A stretch of DNA of 53,473 bases from an uncultured Candidatus Peregrinibacteria bacterium. Its GTDB lineage: Bacteria > Patescibacteriota > JACMRA01. The DNA lies in the NCBI GenBank assembly GCA_937127165.1, contig CAKZLR010000051.1, positions 1 to 53,473 of the forward strand. Reading direction: 5' to 3'. Positions within the stretch are counted from its first letter, which is position 1. Each line of letters begins with the position of its first letter. A program made the position numbers and the translations under genes. Below the pieces are notes generated by a model, which saw only the letters and a program-made list of their open reading frames with translations, made no database searches and was not told where the DNA came from. Of this stretch, positions 19,401 through 29,293 are shown piece after piece.

Positions 19401-20240
19401 ATGAAAAAAATAGCACTCCTTCATACAGGAATTAGATTAGATGAAAAACTAATCATTGAGGCGGCTGAAAAACGACGTATTCATATTGAACTGGTCAATT
19501 TTAATGAAGTTATTTTAGACCCTCAGCAAATAGATTACTGGTTACAGTTTGATTGTCTTTTAGAAAGATGTGTCTCTACTGTAAAAGGTAACGCGGCGAT
19601 TGAATTTTTTAGTAATCTTGGACTTAGAATAGTAAATAATAAACAGATAATGAATATTTGTAACGACAAATTTCAGACCTCTACAATTTTAACAAAACAC
19701 AAAGTTCCTCACCTTAAATCCATTTTGGTTTTTGGGGAAAACCAGGTAAGACAGGCTGTTGATATGCTTGGTGGTTATCCTGTAGTTATTAAATCTAGGG
19801 AAGGTTCTTGGGGTAGATTTGTCAGTAAAGTTAATGATGAAGATTCTTTGGAGGCTATATTTGATCTTAGATGTCAGGTTGGAGTGACTCATCAAGCTCA
19901 CATCGTTCAAAAGTACATAAGTAAGAAAAATAACCGAGATATTAGGGCTGCTACTATAGATGGTAAAGTTGTGGCCGCAATATATCGCACTACAGAGCAC
20001 TGGATCACAAATACTGCTAGAGGGGCTAAAGCTACCTACTGCCCTATAGATGAAGATTTACAGAATATTTGTAAAATGGCTTCTGATGCAGTCGGTGGCG
20101 GAATTTTAGGAATAGATGTTTTTGAAACTGATACTGGTTATATTATCAACGAGATAAACCATACAATGGAGTACAAGAATGTACAAGCTGCTACAGGAAT
20201 CAACATTGCTGATAAAATTTTAGATTTTTGTGTTGGCTAA
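19401..20240 (+). CDS. lysX: LysX/ArgX/RimK-family ATP-grasp ligase
   Basis: Motifs GYPVVIKSREGSWGR, RDIRAATIDGKVVAAIYR, EHWITNTARGAKA, GGGILGIDVFE, INEINHTMEYKN. These closely match remembered LysX signatures (HWITNTARGG, NEVNHTMEFKN). Length is 279 aa. Confidence 0.85.
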   Translation: MKKIALLHTGIRLDEKLIIEAAEKRRIHIELVNFNEVILDPQQIDYWLQFDCLLERCVSTVKGNAAIEFFSNLGLRIVNNKQIMNICNDKFQTSTILTKHKVPHLKSILVFGENQVRQAVDMLGGYPVVIKSREGSWGRFVSKVNDEDSLEAIFDLRCQVGVTHQAHIVQKYISKKNNRDIRAATIDGKVVAAIYRTTEHWITNTARGAKATYCPIDEDLQNICKMASDAVGGGILGIDVFETDTGYIINEINHTMEYKNVQAATGINIADKILDFCVG

Positions 20241-20472
20241 TTTTCAACTCATTTTTAGAATAATTTGGAAGGATATGCATTTTTTCATATCTAAAGTGAT
20301 AAATTAAAGTGATATTTCAATTAGTCAGAATTTTTTATTTGTAGTGTTTGCTAGTGAGCTTGATTTTTCGAAGCACAAAAAGTGAGCACTAAGCACTTGA
20401 CAAAAGTAGATTTTGTCCTTAACCTCCCAGTTCTATTAGCTTAAATTAGTTTGAAAACTATATATCTATAAT

Positions 20473-21072
20473 ATGATCGGCACCAATCAAATATATGAGT
20501 TATATTTCATTCTTAATCCAGAATTATCTGCTGAGCAAATAGATACCCAGATTTCTAAAATCTCTAAACTTGTAAAAGATGAAATAGGTGGAGAAAATAT
20601 AGAAATAGAAAAACAAGGTTTAAAAAGATTAGCTTATAGAGTCAAAAAACATTACAGTGGGTCTTATGTATTAATGAATTTTGAGCTAGAACTGGAAAAT
20701 TGTAAAAAAATTGGTAGTTTGGAGAAAAAATTAAATATAGAAAAAGAGGTTCTGCGATATATAATTCTTAATCAAACTGAATTTCTTATTCAAAAATCAA
20801 AAGAAAAACCTTCAGCCACGGAAATCAAGAGTCATAATGAATTAAATAAAAAAGCTAAGAGACCTAAAGACAGAAAATGTATAGTTAAACATATGGGTTT
20901 AAGAGTAATAGATTACAAAGATGTGGATTTCTTGCAACAGTTTGTGTCTCCATATGCTAAGATTTTCCACAGGGATAAAACCGGTACCGGTGCAAAGTTT
21001 CAAAGAAAAATAGCTAAAGCAGTAAAAAGAGCCAGACATATGGCCTTAATGCCTTTTACTCCTCAGGAGTAA
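20473..21072 (+). CDS. rpsF: Fused ribosomal proteins S6 (N-terminal) and S18 (C-terminal)
   Basis: The N-terminal ~95 aa YELYFILNPELSAEQIDTQISKI...GLKRLAYRVKKHYSGSYVLMNFE is S6. A basic linker follows. The C-terminal CIVKHMGLRVIDYKDVDFLQQFVSPYAKIFHRDKTGTGAKFQRKIAKAVKRARHMALMPFT is S18. It is one uninterrupted ORF. Confidence 0.85.
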   Translation: MIGTNQIYELYFILNPELSAEQIDTQISKISKLVKDEIGGENIEIEKQGLKRLAYRVKKHYSGSYVLMNFELELENCKKIGSLEKKLNIEKEVLRYIILNQTEFLIQKSKEKPSATEIKSHNELNKKAKRPKDRKCIVKHMGLRVIDYKDVDFLQQFVSPYAKIFHRDKTGTGAKFQRKIAKAVKRARHMALMPFTPQE

Positions 21073-21270
21073 CTCTTGTTTAAGAGTAAAGATTTTACAT
21101 TTCAGTATTTGTTGTAGTTTACAAAGTTTAAAATCTACCTTGGTTAAGTGTTGCACTGGTGGTGGTATGTTTTTTGGGTTTGTTTAAGTTAATTTAGATT
21201 TAACCCATAAAAAACACTAGAATTTAGACATACAAACATACAAGAATATCGTCGGGATTACCATTAGTTA

Positions 21271-22455
21271 TTAGTTATTTTTCTGAAATTTGTATTTTTG
21301 CCACCATTCATCAAACTTGCCAGTGTTAATTTTTTGTCTTATTTTAGCTGTTAAATTATGATAAAATTCTAGATTATGCATTGTGGCTAATCTATAACCT
21401 AAGGTTTCTCTAGTTTTAAAGAGATGCCTTAAATAGCTTTTAGAATATTGTCTAAGCTCTGCGAAATTGGAGTTAGGATTGATTGGGTTAACGTCTGTTT
21501 CAAATTTTTTTTGTAAAATTCGTTCGGTAGTGTAAGTATTGTCATCAAGTTCAAAAAACAAGGTTCCATGCCTAGCGTTTCGGGTGGGGTAGACGCAGTC
21601 AAACAAATCAATACCATACCCCACGAATCTAACTAAGTCGGTAGGGGTTCCTACTCCCAATAAATGTTTGGGTTTGTAAGTTTCTAAAATACTAGTTTGA
21701 ATATCAACTTGGTTCCACCTGCTTTCTTCTGGTTCTGGTCCCATAGCCATACCGCCAATTGAATAACCCGGAAAATCTAGTTCTAGAATCATTTCTGCAG
21801 ACCTCTGGCGAAGATCCAAAAATCTTGCTCCTTGGGTTATACCAAAAAGAATGTTTTGTTTACCCGATTTGTCATAACCTTGTGAGCCTATCCATTTACC
21901 TTGGTGTAGTTTTATCCACTCCTTTTTGCTTCTTTTAGACCATCTAAAAGTTCTTTCAATTGCTTGTTCATTCAGCTTATAATTCGTTTCTTCTACTGGT
22001 AAATAGTCTAAAACTAAGGAAATATCGGAGTTGATGACAGTCTGAATTTGCATACTTTGTTCTGGACTAAAAAAAATCCTATCCCCACTTTCAGGTATAG
22101 TAAAGAGGATTCCTTCTTCGTTAGAAATATTATTTTTTCTGAGACTAAACATCTGAAAACCTCCAGAATCTGTTAAAATTGGTCCGTCCCAACTATTAAA
22201 TTGATGTAAACCTCCAAACTGTTTTAGCACTTTGATACCTGGTTTGAGCCATAAATGGTAAGTGTTACTGAGCAAAATTTGGGCTCCGGTGGTTTTTAAT
22301 TCCTTGTTAGTGAGAGTTTTAACTGTTCCAAGAGTGCCAATTGACATAAATGCTGGAGTATGCACAGTTCCGTGAACTAGGTTTAAGGTTCCAGTTCTAG
22401 CTTTAGTTTTTGGAGATTGCTGATGTATCTGAAAAATATTATACAAATATGCCAT
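21271..22455 (-). CDS. tgt: Queuine tRNA-ribosyltransferase (tRNA-guanine transglycosylase)
   Basis: Motifs ARTGTLNLVHGTVHTPAFM, LSNTYHL, ILTDSGGFQ, GIDLFDCVYPTRNARHG. Confidence 0.95.
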   Translation of the reverse strand: MAYLYNIFQIHQQSPKTKARTGTLNLVHGTVHTPAFMSIGTLGTVKTLTNKELKTTGAQILLSNTYHLWLKPGIKVLKQFGGLHQFNSWDGPILTDSGGFQMFSLRKNNISNEEGILFTIPESGDRIFFSPEQSMQIQTVINSDISLVLDYLPVEETNYKLNEQAIERTFRWSKRSKKEWIKLHQGKWIGSQGYDKSGKQNILFGITQGARFLDLRQRSAEMILELDFPGYSIGGMAMGPEPEESRWNQVDIQTSILETYKPKHLLGVGTPTDLVRFVGYGIDLFDCVYPTRNARHGTLFFELDDNTYTTERILQKKFETDVNPINPNSNFAELRQYSKSYLRHLFKTRETLGYRLATMHNLEFYHNLTAKIRQKINTGKFDEWWQKYKFQKNN

Positions 22456-22746
22456 AACTGATGACAGTGGTTGAATTACTTTGTCTTTTTGGTCAAATAC
22501 TCAAAAAGTTTATTTTATCGATCATTCGGAACTAGCCTAAAATTTGGAAAATTAAATTACTATAAGTAGGGATTTAAATTGTTCTGTTTTTTGAGCATGT
22601 TAGTATTACTAAATTTAGATACAACTTAATGGCAATATTATATAACAATGTTGATTATAATTTGACTGTAATAATAATAAAATTGACACAAAGCTGATTC
22701 TTGGCTAGAATCACCCTTTCTCTTTTAAAGAATTTTTATTATCATT

Positions 22747-23847
22747 ATGTTTAGTAAATTCGATGCTTATTTAGAAAGTATACCTTTTTTTAATTTAACA
22801 ATCTTTGGCAATACTTTAGCTAAGTATATTGTTGCAATTATAATTTTTACCTTTATTTTTATATTTTCACATTTTACTAAAAAAACACTACAAGGCAAAA
22901 TTAATGAGTATGAAAATCAGGATAAAAATAAACTAATTCATATTTTACACAATTTAATCTCGGTAATTAACTTACCTTTTTACTTTATTGTCTCTCTGTA
23001 TTTTTCTCTCAGATATTTAGACATAAGTCCTACACTGAATACTTATCTGACAATATGTATTACTACTGTGATTTACTTTTATTTAGGTTTAGGTTTACAA
23101 AAAGCAGTAGAGTCGATTTTAGATGCTTTGACTACCGCTGAAGGAGGGGAGGAAACCAATAATAATGGTAAAAATAACTTAGATCCGGGAACTGCAGATT
23201 TTTTAGGAAAATTTATTTCCATTATTATCTGGACAATTCTGTTTTTGATTATTCTTCAAAATTTAGGGTTTGATATAACTGCCTTACTTGGTGGTTTAGG
23301 GATTGCTGGTATTATCGTTGCTTTTGCTATGCAAAACATATTGTCTGATATTTTTACTTATTTTACAATCAACCTTGATAAACCGTTCAAAAAAGGAGAT
23401 TTTATTATAGTTGGGAACGATATGGGAACTGTTACAAATGTAGGCATCAAAAACACCAGAATAAAAACTTTGCAGGGACAAGATTTAGTAATAACTAACA
23501 AAGAATTGACTAATTCAAGAATCAACAATTATACCAACATGGAAAGACGAAGGGTTGTGATTAAATTTGGTGTAACTTATTCCACTTCCGTGGAACACTT
23601 AACACAGATACCAGTCTACATCAAAGATATTATAGATGCTAAACAAATAACCACTTTTGATCGAGCTCATCTGAAAGAGCTAGGGGAATATAGCATCAAT
23701 TTTGAAGTCGTATATCATGTGGAGACACCTATTTACGACAGTTATATGGATATCAATCAAGAGATTTTACTCGAGCTAATCAAGAAATTTAGAGATGAAA
23801 AAATCGATTTTGCTTTTCCTACTTCTACTGTGTATTTGGTAAAATAG
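22747..23847 (+). CDS. mscS: Small-conductance mechanosensitive channel (MscS family)
   Basis: Several N-terminal TMs. Pore-helix and beta-domain signature GLGIAGIIVAFAMQNILSDIF...KPFKKGDFIIVGNDMGTVTNVGIKNTRIKTLQGQDLVITN. Confidence 0.85.
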   Translation: MFSKFDAYLESIPFFNLTIFGNTLAKYIVAIIIFTFIFIFSHFTKKTLQGKINEYENQDKNKLIHILHNLISVINLPFYFIVSLYFSLRYLDISPTLNTYLTICITTVIYFYLGLGLQKAVESILDALTTAEGGEETNNNGKNNLDPGTADFLGKFISIIIWTILFLIILQNLGFDITALLGGLGIAGIIVAFAMQNILSDIFTYFTINLDKPFKKGDFIIVGNDMGTVTNVGIKNTRIKTLQGQDLVITNKELTNSRINNYTNMERRRVVIKFGVTYSTSVEHLTQIPVYIKDIIDAKQITTFDRAHLKELGEYSINFEVVYHVETPIYDSYMDINQEILLELIKKFRDEKIDFAFPTSTVYLVK

Positions 23848-24167
23848 AGTGGGTTAAAAGAAAATAAAATTAGGGGAATAAAATTTATTTTAAGAGATAA
23901 CTTAATTTCATACAGCAATCTGGAAACATAGGGTAATGTAAAAACAAACAGGTAAATTCAAATTAATTAAAGTTTAATTACACTCTATTCTAGATTATCT
24001 TTAATTTACAAAGAAAGTAATTAATAGACTTGAACGGCTTGAAAGAAGTTTTACAAATATCAGTAAAGTAGTTAAAGAAACTAAATTAGTCGAATTAAAC
24101 AAGCTGATATGGATAAAAAACCTAGTCTTATAAGGTAATTATAAGGTAAAATTAAAAATATAAGAAT

Positions 24168-25214
24168 TTACATCAACCTAATTACCGCATCATCATCAAA
24201 ATTTCTGATAAAATCCTTACCTTTTGGGGTTAGTTTACGACCGCTACTGTCTTTTTCAACAAAGCCAAGATGGATCAAAAACGGCTCATTAACCAATTCC
24301 AAAGTCTCACTCTCCTCCATTAAAATAGCACTGAGTGAAGATAAGGACAAACTACCATTTTGTAGAGCTCTAAGATAAGCTAAGTCAGTTTTAGTTAGGC
24401 CTTTTTCGTAGATACCAAGTTTAAGCAAAAATTCCTCGGCTTTAGCTCTGTCAATTTCCGTTAACTTATTTACAGTCTGTAAATCTACAAATCTTTTGAG
24501 GATATTATTAGCAATACGAGGCACTCCTCTAGATCGTCGACAAATCAACATTTTTGCCTCATCTGTCATTTTCAGGTTTAAAATTTTAGTATTTCTTTCC
24601 ACTAGTGTCAACATGTCGCTTTCGGAATATGGATCTAATCGAAATATGGTTGTAAAACGATCTCGTAAAGGTTTAGACAATTTACCAATCTGAGTTGTGG
24701 CTCCAACTAAGACAAAAGGCTCTAAATCAATTTTCATTGTAGTTGCTCCCTGACCCTTACCAATCAAAATATCTACTTTACCATCTTCCATTGCACTGTA
24801 CAAAGACTCTTCCAACGGGGCTCTAAGTCTGTGGACCTCGTCAATGAACAAGACCGTGTTTGGCTCCAAATTTACTAACAAACTTACCAAGTCACCAACT
24901 TTCTGTAGGTTGGTTGCGGTTACCGTTTTTAATTTGCATTTTAATTCAGTCGAGATAAGGCTTGCCAAAGTGGTTTTACCAAGACCAGGAGGTCCATAAA
25001 ATAAAATATGTTCTGGCAAAGTATTTCTTATTTTGGCAGAATTAAGAATCAGACTAAGCTGAGCAATCAGTTTTTCTTGTCCAATATATTCAGCTAAACA
25101 TTTAGGCCGTAATTTTAAGCTATCATTTTTTTCTACTAAAATCGTTATCTCTTCTACTACTTGAGAATTGTTTTTTTTTGCTTGTAATACCTTATTATCC
25201 GAGGAAATAATCAT
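24168..25214 (-). CDS. ruvB: Holliday junction branch migration ATPase RuvB
   Basis: Motifs LRPKCLAEYIGQEK, Walker A GPPGLGKTTLA, Walker B LFIDEVHRL, and sensor RGVPRIANNILKR. No ruvA is adjacent. Confidence 0.97.
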   Translation of the reverse strand: MIISSDNKVLQAKKNNSQVVEEITILVEKNDSLKLRPKCLAEYIGQEKLIAQLSLILNSAKIRNTLPEHILFYGPPGLGKTTLASLISTELKCKLKTVTATNLQKVGDLVSLLVNLEPNTVLFIDEVHRLRAPLEESLYSAMEDGKVDILIGKGQGATTMKIDLEPFVLVGATTQIGKLSKPLRDRFTTIFRLDPYSESDMLTLVERNTKILNLKMTDEAKMLICRRSRGVPRIANNILKRFVDLQTVNKLTEIDRAKAEEFLLKLGIYEKGLTKTDLAYLRALQNGSLSLSSLSAILMEESETLELVNEPFLIHLGFVEKDSSGRKLTPKGKDFIRNFDDDAVIRLM

Positions 25215-25487
25215 AGTTTTCTAAAACTACTAACTATAGTTAGTAGTAACTAAAGTCTAAACTACCTAATTTGTCAAACTTTTAGTCAAATAGTTTATAA
25301 GTACTCACTACGCTTGTTACAAAACTTTTTTAACGTTCAAAAAAAGTTTGTTTTATATAATTTGTTCTTTAATATTTGATTAGACAAGAATATCGCACTT
25401 AAACTAAAACAGATAGATAATATTTGAAAATGGTATTCCAAGTGGTAAATTAATCTTTAAAATATTTTTTCCTGACATTTATATCTT

Positions 25488-27599
25488 TTACTTTATTTCT
25501 AGAATTTTTTGGATATAATTAACTACTTGACTTGTCTTATAGTAAATGAAACCGGTTTGTGCAGCTAAATTAAGATTTTGAATAGTTTGGGTGAATAGTT
25601 CTGGTTGGCTGGTTTGTTTGGCCAACTTTTGCCAGTATTGTGGAACAGAAATTAACGGTTCTCCAACTAACCAAATTTCTGCAAAGTTTGGACAGTTTTT
25701 TTGAGAATTTACAAATCCAAAGTCTCCAATTCTTATGTTTATAATACCAACAAAATTTCTGATCAACTTGGAGTAAATTTTAGTTAGGCTGCCAGATTCA
25801 CCTAAAGACAAATAATCGTTTGGACGGAAGTTATCTGTGAGACTCTTTTGAATTTTTTTAAGAGCGAAGTTGTTTCCGCTAAGAATTAGTACAGGGGACT
25901 GTTTTTCTGTAGCCAAATTGTGTTTCTCTTGGAGAAAATCAACTAAAGATGGAATATTTTTGGTTACAAAAGTTTTAATATTTTGATTGTGATAAATAAT
26001 TTTTGGATTAAAATTGTTGAAAATATCAGTTAAATCGGCAACATCTAAAAGTAGTTTAAAATCGCTTTCGGAAAGATAAGTTTGAATTTGTAAGTTTTGA
26101 AAACGACTAAAAAACTCAATAAAATAGTCACTTAATTCAAAATCAAGTTTAATTTTGGAAACTACAAGTTTTTGGTTGGTAAATTTTAGAGAAAGATTAG
26201 TGTTTGTGTCCCAAGATCGAATTTGTTTTAAAAAAGAATTGATTTTTTTAGCTACCTTTTTTTCCAATTCTTTGCTTTCTTTGCTTGCCTCAAAGAGAGG
26301 TAGATCCTTGATTGAATTGAACAAAAAGATTAATTTTTGTTTTAAGATTGTTTCGTTGCCTACTATATCATTTGGTTTATACCAATATTGGTAATTATTT
26401 AATGCCCAAAAAGGCTCCATAGCAAACAAGAAAAAGTCGTATCCAGCAAGCACTTTGGTAATTTGTTTGTGTTGATTTTTTGGGTTAATTTTTTGCCAGA
26501 CTTCCAAAAGCCATATAAATCTACCAAGATCGAGTGTTTCTTCGGAAAGACTTTTAATTTGCCACAAAATATCTTCAAATCTGTCCAATATACAATTAAA
26601 TTGTGGTTGCTTAAAAACCACCTCTTCTTCAAAATCTTCTTCAAAAGAATCAAACAAACATTCTACAAAAATTTTTTCTAAGTGAGAGTGGGTGTGTAGT
26701 TTAAAATGGTTGAAAAGGTTGTTGTTTTTATACACTATACTAGTATAGACAGCTGCCAGAATTATTTTTAATTCAAGCTCTATTGGGCTTTGAAGAAGGT
26801 CTAAAATCTGGTCAATCCAGGCTTGTTTTGGTTGTGAACAAATATAGTTTAATTTTTCCGATAGGCTATGAGATATAGTTTCGCCAAGTAAATTAATTTT
26901 TGTTTGATTGTTTTGGTGGTGGTTATGCGGGTTTAGGTTTAGTTCAAGAGGTTTAGGGTTGGAATAATATTCTATTTTTAATGGTAAAATTTCATTTTGT
27001 AAAAAATTGTATAATTCTCGAGCAAAATTCTGTTTTTTTAAAAAACTGACAATCTTTTGTAACAGAGCTGCAGTACACCATGTATCATACAAAGCCCTGT
27101 GAGTTTGACTAGGGTTTGGTTTAGTGAGATGTCTTTTTTCTGTAAAAAAAGCTGATAGATTTAGCTTTTCGACTAAAGATTCTAGATTTACTGCAGGCAG
27201 AAAAGTAAAGAGAATTTTGGTTGCTTGTAGAGTATCGATTACTTTAGCTTTTTCTGGTAAAAACCAATCTTCAGCTTTCAAGAATTTTAGATCAAAATCT
27301 ATTGAATGACCACAAATAACTCGACAATCTGATTGATGCTTATCCAACCAATTTGCCCAATTTTTTTGAGCATCAGCTATTTTTGGAGAACTACTCAGTT
27401 GTAATTCGGTGATACCAGTTAGTCTAGTGATTTTTTCATCAAGAGGCTTTCGATTTTGGACCAAAGTTTCAAATTGGTCAATTACTTGAATTTCCAATGT
27501 GACTACATCCAAATTTGCAATTATTCCTGCAATTTCTATGACTTGACCAGACAAAGGAGTTAGGTTGCTAGTTTCGCAGTCTAAAAAGAGAATTTTCAT
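25488..27599 (-). CDS. DnaQ-type 3'-5' exonuclease fused to a DinG-like C-terminal region without recognisable ATPase motifs
   Basis: N-terminus: ExoI FLDCETSNL, ExoII CGHSIDFDLKFL, ExoIII HRALYDTWCTA. The C-terminal PVLILSGNNFALKKIQ...GESGSL...IRIGDFGFVN...IWLVGEPL resembles the Helicase_C_2 part of DinG. No GxGK[ST] is seen. Start set at ATG 27599; the ORF track uses TTG 27617. Confidence 0.7.
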   Translation of the reverse strand: MKILFLDCETSNLTPLSGQVIEIAGIIANLDVVTLEIQVIDQFETLVQNRKPLDEKITRLTGITELQLSSSPKIADAQKNWANWLDKHQSDCRVICGHSIDFDLKFLKAEDWFLPEKAKVIDTLQATKILFTFLPAVNLESLVEKLNLSAFFTEKRHLTKPNPSQTHRALYDTWCTAALLQKIVSFLKKQNFARELYNFLQNEILPLKIEYYSNPKPLELNLNPHNHHQNNQTKINLLGETISHSLSEKLNYICSQPKQAWIDQILDLLQSPIELELKIILAAVYTSIVYKNNNLFNHFKLHTHSHLEKIFVECLFDSFEEDFEEEVVFKQPQFNCILDRFEDILWQIKSLSEETLDLGRFIWLLEVWQKINPKNQHKQITKVLAGYDFFLFAMEPFWALNNYQYWYKPNDIVGNETILKQKLIFLFNSIKDLPLFEASKESKELEKKVAKKINSFLKQIRSWDTNTNLSLKFTNQKLVVSKIKLDFELSDYFIEFFSRFQNLQIQTYLSESDFKLLLDVADLTDIFNNFNPKIIYHNQNIKTFVTKNIPSLVDFLQEKHNLATEKQSPVLILSGNNFALKKIQKSLTDNFRPNDYLSLGESGSLTKIYSKLIRNFVGIINIRIGDFGFVNSQKNCPNFAEIWLVGEPLISVPQYWQKLAKQTSQPELFTQTIQNLNLAAQTGFIYYKTSQVVNYIQKILEIK

Positions 27600-27718
27600 A
27601 TTAAACACAACATACAAGTATTAACTTGAAAAGTCAAACTAGATTTAAACTAGACTAAAAATAATTTTAATCACAAAACGATTGTATGCTTACAAAGTGT
27701 GAGAGAACTGTTACACAT

Positions 27719-29293
27719 TTACCTAATAAAAAACAAAGTTAGAGTAATTAAAGTTAAAAAACTTAAACTTACAATCACTAAATATCTTAAGATTTTTCCC
27801 TCGCCCTCACTAATTCCCACCGTAGCCATAGCCGCCAAAATGTTACTAATAGCAAACATATTACCAAAAGCACTACCTACTATTTGACCTACAACTAAGA
27901 CTGGGCGTTCATAGTTTAACATATTATTAATTTCTAACTGTAAGGAAGTAAAAAGTAGATTAGAAACTGTACTAGAACCTGTTAAAAAAGCACCTAAAGC
28001 ACCAATCAGTGGTGAAATAAAAATAAAATTGTCACCTGCCAACGTAACTATTCCATCAGACATTACTCGAATCATACTAGACATATCACTGTTGCTATTA
28101 GAATCAAATCTTAACAGCTCAACCAAAGCTAGTGCTGAACATAAAGTGATAATGGCTGGAACTAGTTTTTTCCAAGTCTCTCGAAGAGTGTGTTTAGTGT
28201 TTTCTAACTTAGCTTTAAAAAACCAAAGACAAAATATACACACAGGTAAAAATGGTAACAAACCGGGAATCATCAAAGGAGTGATATTATAAGTTAAGTT
28301 CTGCACTTCCAGAAAATCTGGAATAACTATTTTTATATTACTTAAAAAATCGCGAATTCCAAAACTTCTAACTCTAGTAATAATTAAAATCAGAGAAATT
28401 AGTAGGTACGGAAACCATGCCTTCAAAAACTCTTTTTTGGATACAAGTTTTTGTTCCTTTGCCACAGTTTCTAAATTTTCTGCTAAAAGAATATCTTTTG
28501 GAGTCAGCCAGTTATTTTTTGCTAGTAACACAAGTACTAGAATAGTAACCAAACCTCCGACAATTGAAGGAATTTCCACTCCTAAAAAAATAGCACTAAC
28601 AGAGTAAGTTACTAAAAACACGATTGCTGATAACAAAGTAAAGGGCATGATTTGAAAAACTGCTCGCCATCCACTAACTTTACGAAGAAGTTTGAGGTAA
28701 ACGATCATACCTACTATTGGCACCAATATACCAACTAAAAAATGTATTAATACAGAATTTTGTAATAACCAATGTTTATCTATTGGCTCTACTAAACCCA
28801 AAGTTGCAAGCATAGGAGTTCCACTAGCTCCGAAAGTAACTGCTGTAGAATTAAAAATAAGACTAATGATCACAGTAAATATAGGAGTAAAACCTAGACT
28901 AACTAACAAAGGTGCAACGATGGCAGCGGGAGTGCCGAAACCTGCAATACCTTCTAGAAAATTGGAAAAAGCATAGCCTACAATTAATAATTGAACTCTA
29001 GCATCTTTATGAATATTTGAAAGGCTAAGCTGGATTACCTGAATTTGTTTGGTTTTTAGTAGAATTTGTAATAACCAAATGGCTCCAAATATGATTAGCA
29101 AAATTTCTATGGCTTTTAGAGTACCTACCAGCCAAATAACCAAAACTTCAAAAATTGAATTTTTCCAGACAAGTATAGAAATTATACTAGTTAGTAGTAG
29201 ACCAATTGGCAAAACTTTTTTAGCAGGTAAATTAAAGACTGACATGGATACGACAACCCATATAATAGGTAAAACTGACCAAAAGAAAAACAT
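27719..29293 (-). CDS. lctP: L-lactate/glycolate permease (LctP family)
   Basis: The motif EGIAGFGTPAAIVAPLLVSLGF is typical of LctP, with more than 12 hydrophobic helices. Start is uncertain: ATG 29293 (MFFFWSVLPI...) is chosen, and the ORF stays open up to TTG 29482. Confidence 0.75.
   Translation of the reverse strand: MFFFWSVLPIIWVVVSMSVFNLPAKKVLPIGLLLTSIISILVWKNSIFEVLVIWLVGTLKAIEILLIIFGAIWLLQILLKTKQIQVIQLSLSNIHKDARVQLLIVGYAFSNFLEGIAGFGTPAAIVAPLLVSLGFTPIFTVIISLIFNSTAVTFGASGTPMLATLGLVEPIDKHWLLQNSVLIHFLVGILVPIVGMIVYLKLLRKVSGWRAVFQIMPFTLLSAIVFLVTYSVSAIFLGVEIPSIVGGLVTILVLVLLAKNNWLTPKDILLAENLETVAKEQKLVSKKEFLKAWFPYLLISLILIITRVRSFGIRDFLSNIKIVIPDFLEVQNLTYNITPLMIPGLLPFLPVCIFCLWFFKAKLENTKHTLRETWKKLVPAIITLCSALALVELLRFDSNSNSDMSSMIRVMSDGIVTLAGDNFIFISPLIGALGAFLTGSSTVSNLLFTSLQLEINNMLNYERPVLVVGQIVGSAFGNMFAISNILAAMATVGISEGEGKILRYLVIVSLSFLTLITLTLFFIR

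Noticed and set aside
20330-20400. Possible rpsF (S6:S18-binding) leader hairpin upstream of the S6-S18 fusion gene (TGAGCTT-gatttttcg-AAGCACA with an A.A mismatch)
   Set aside because: The stem is short and imperfect, and I cannot verify the conserved motif of the known rpsF leader by eye. It needs a covariance-model scan.
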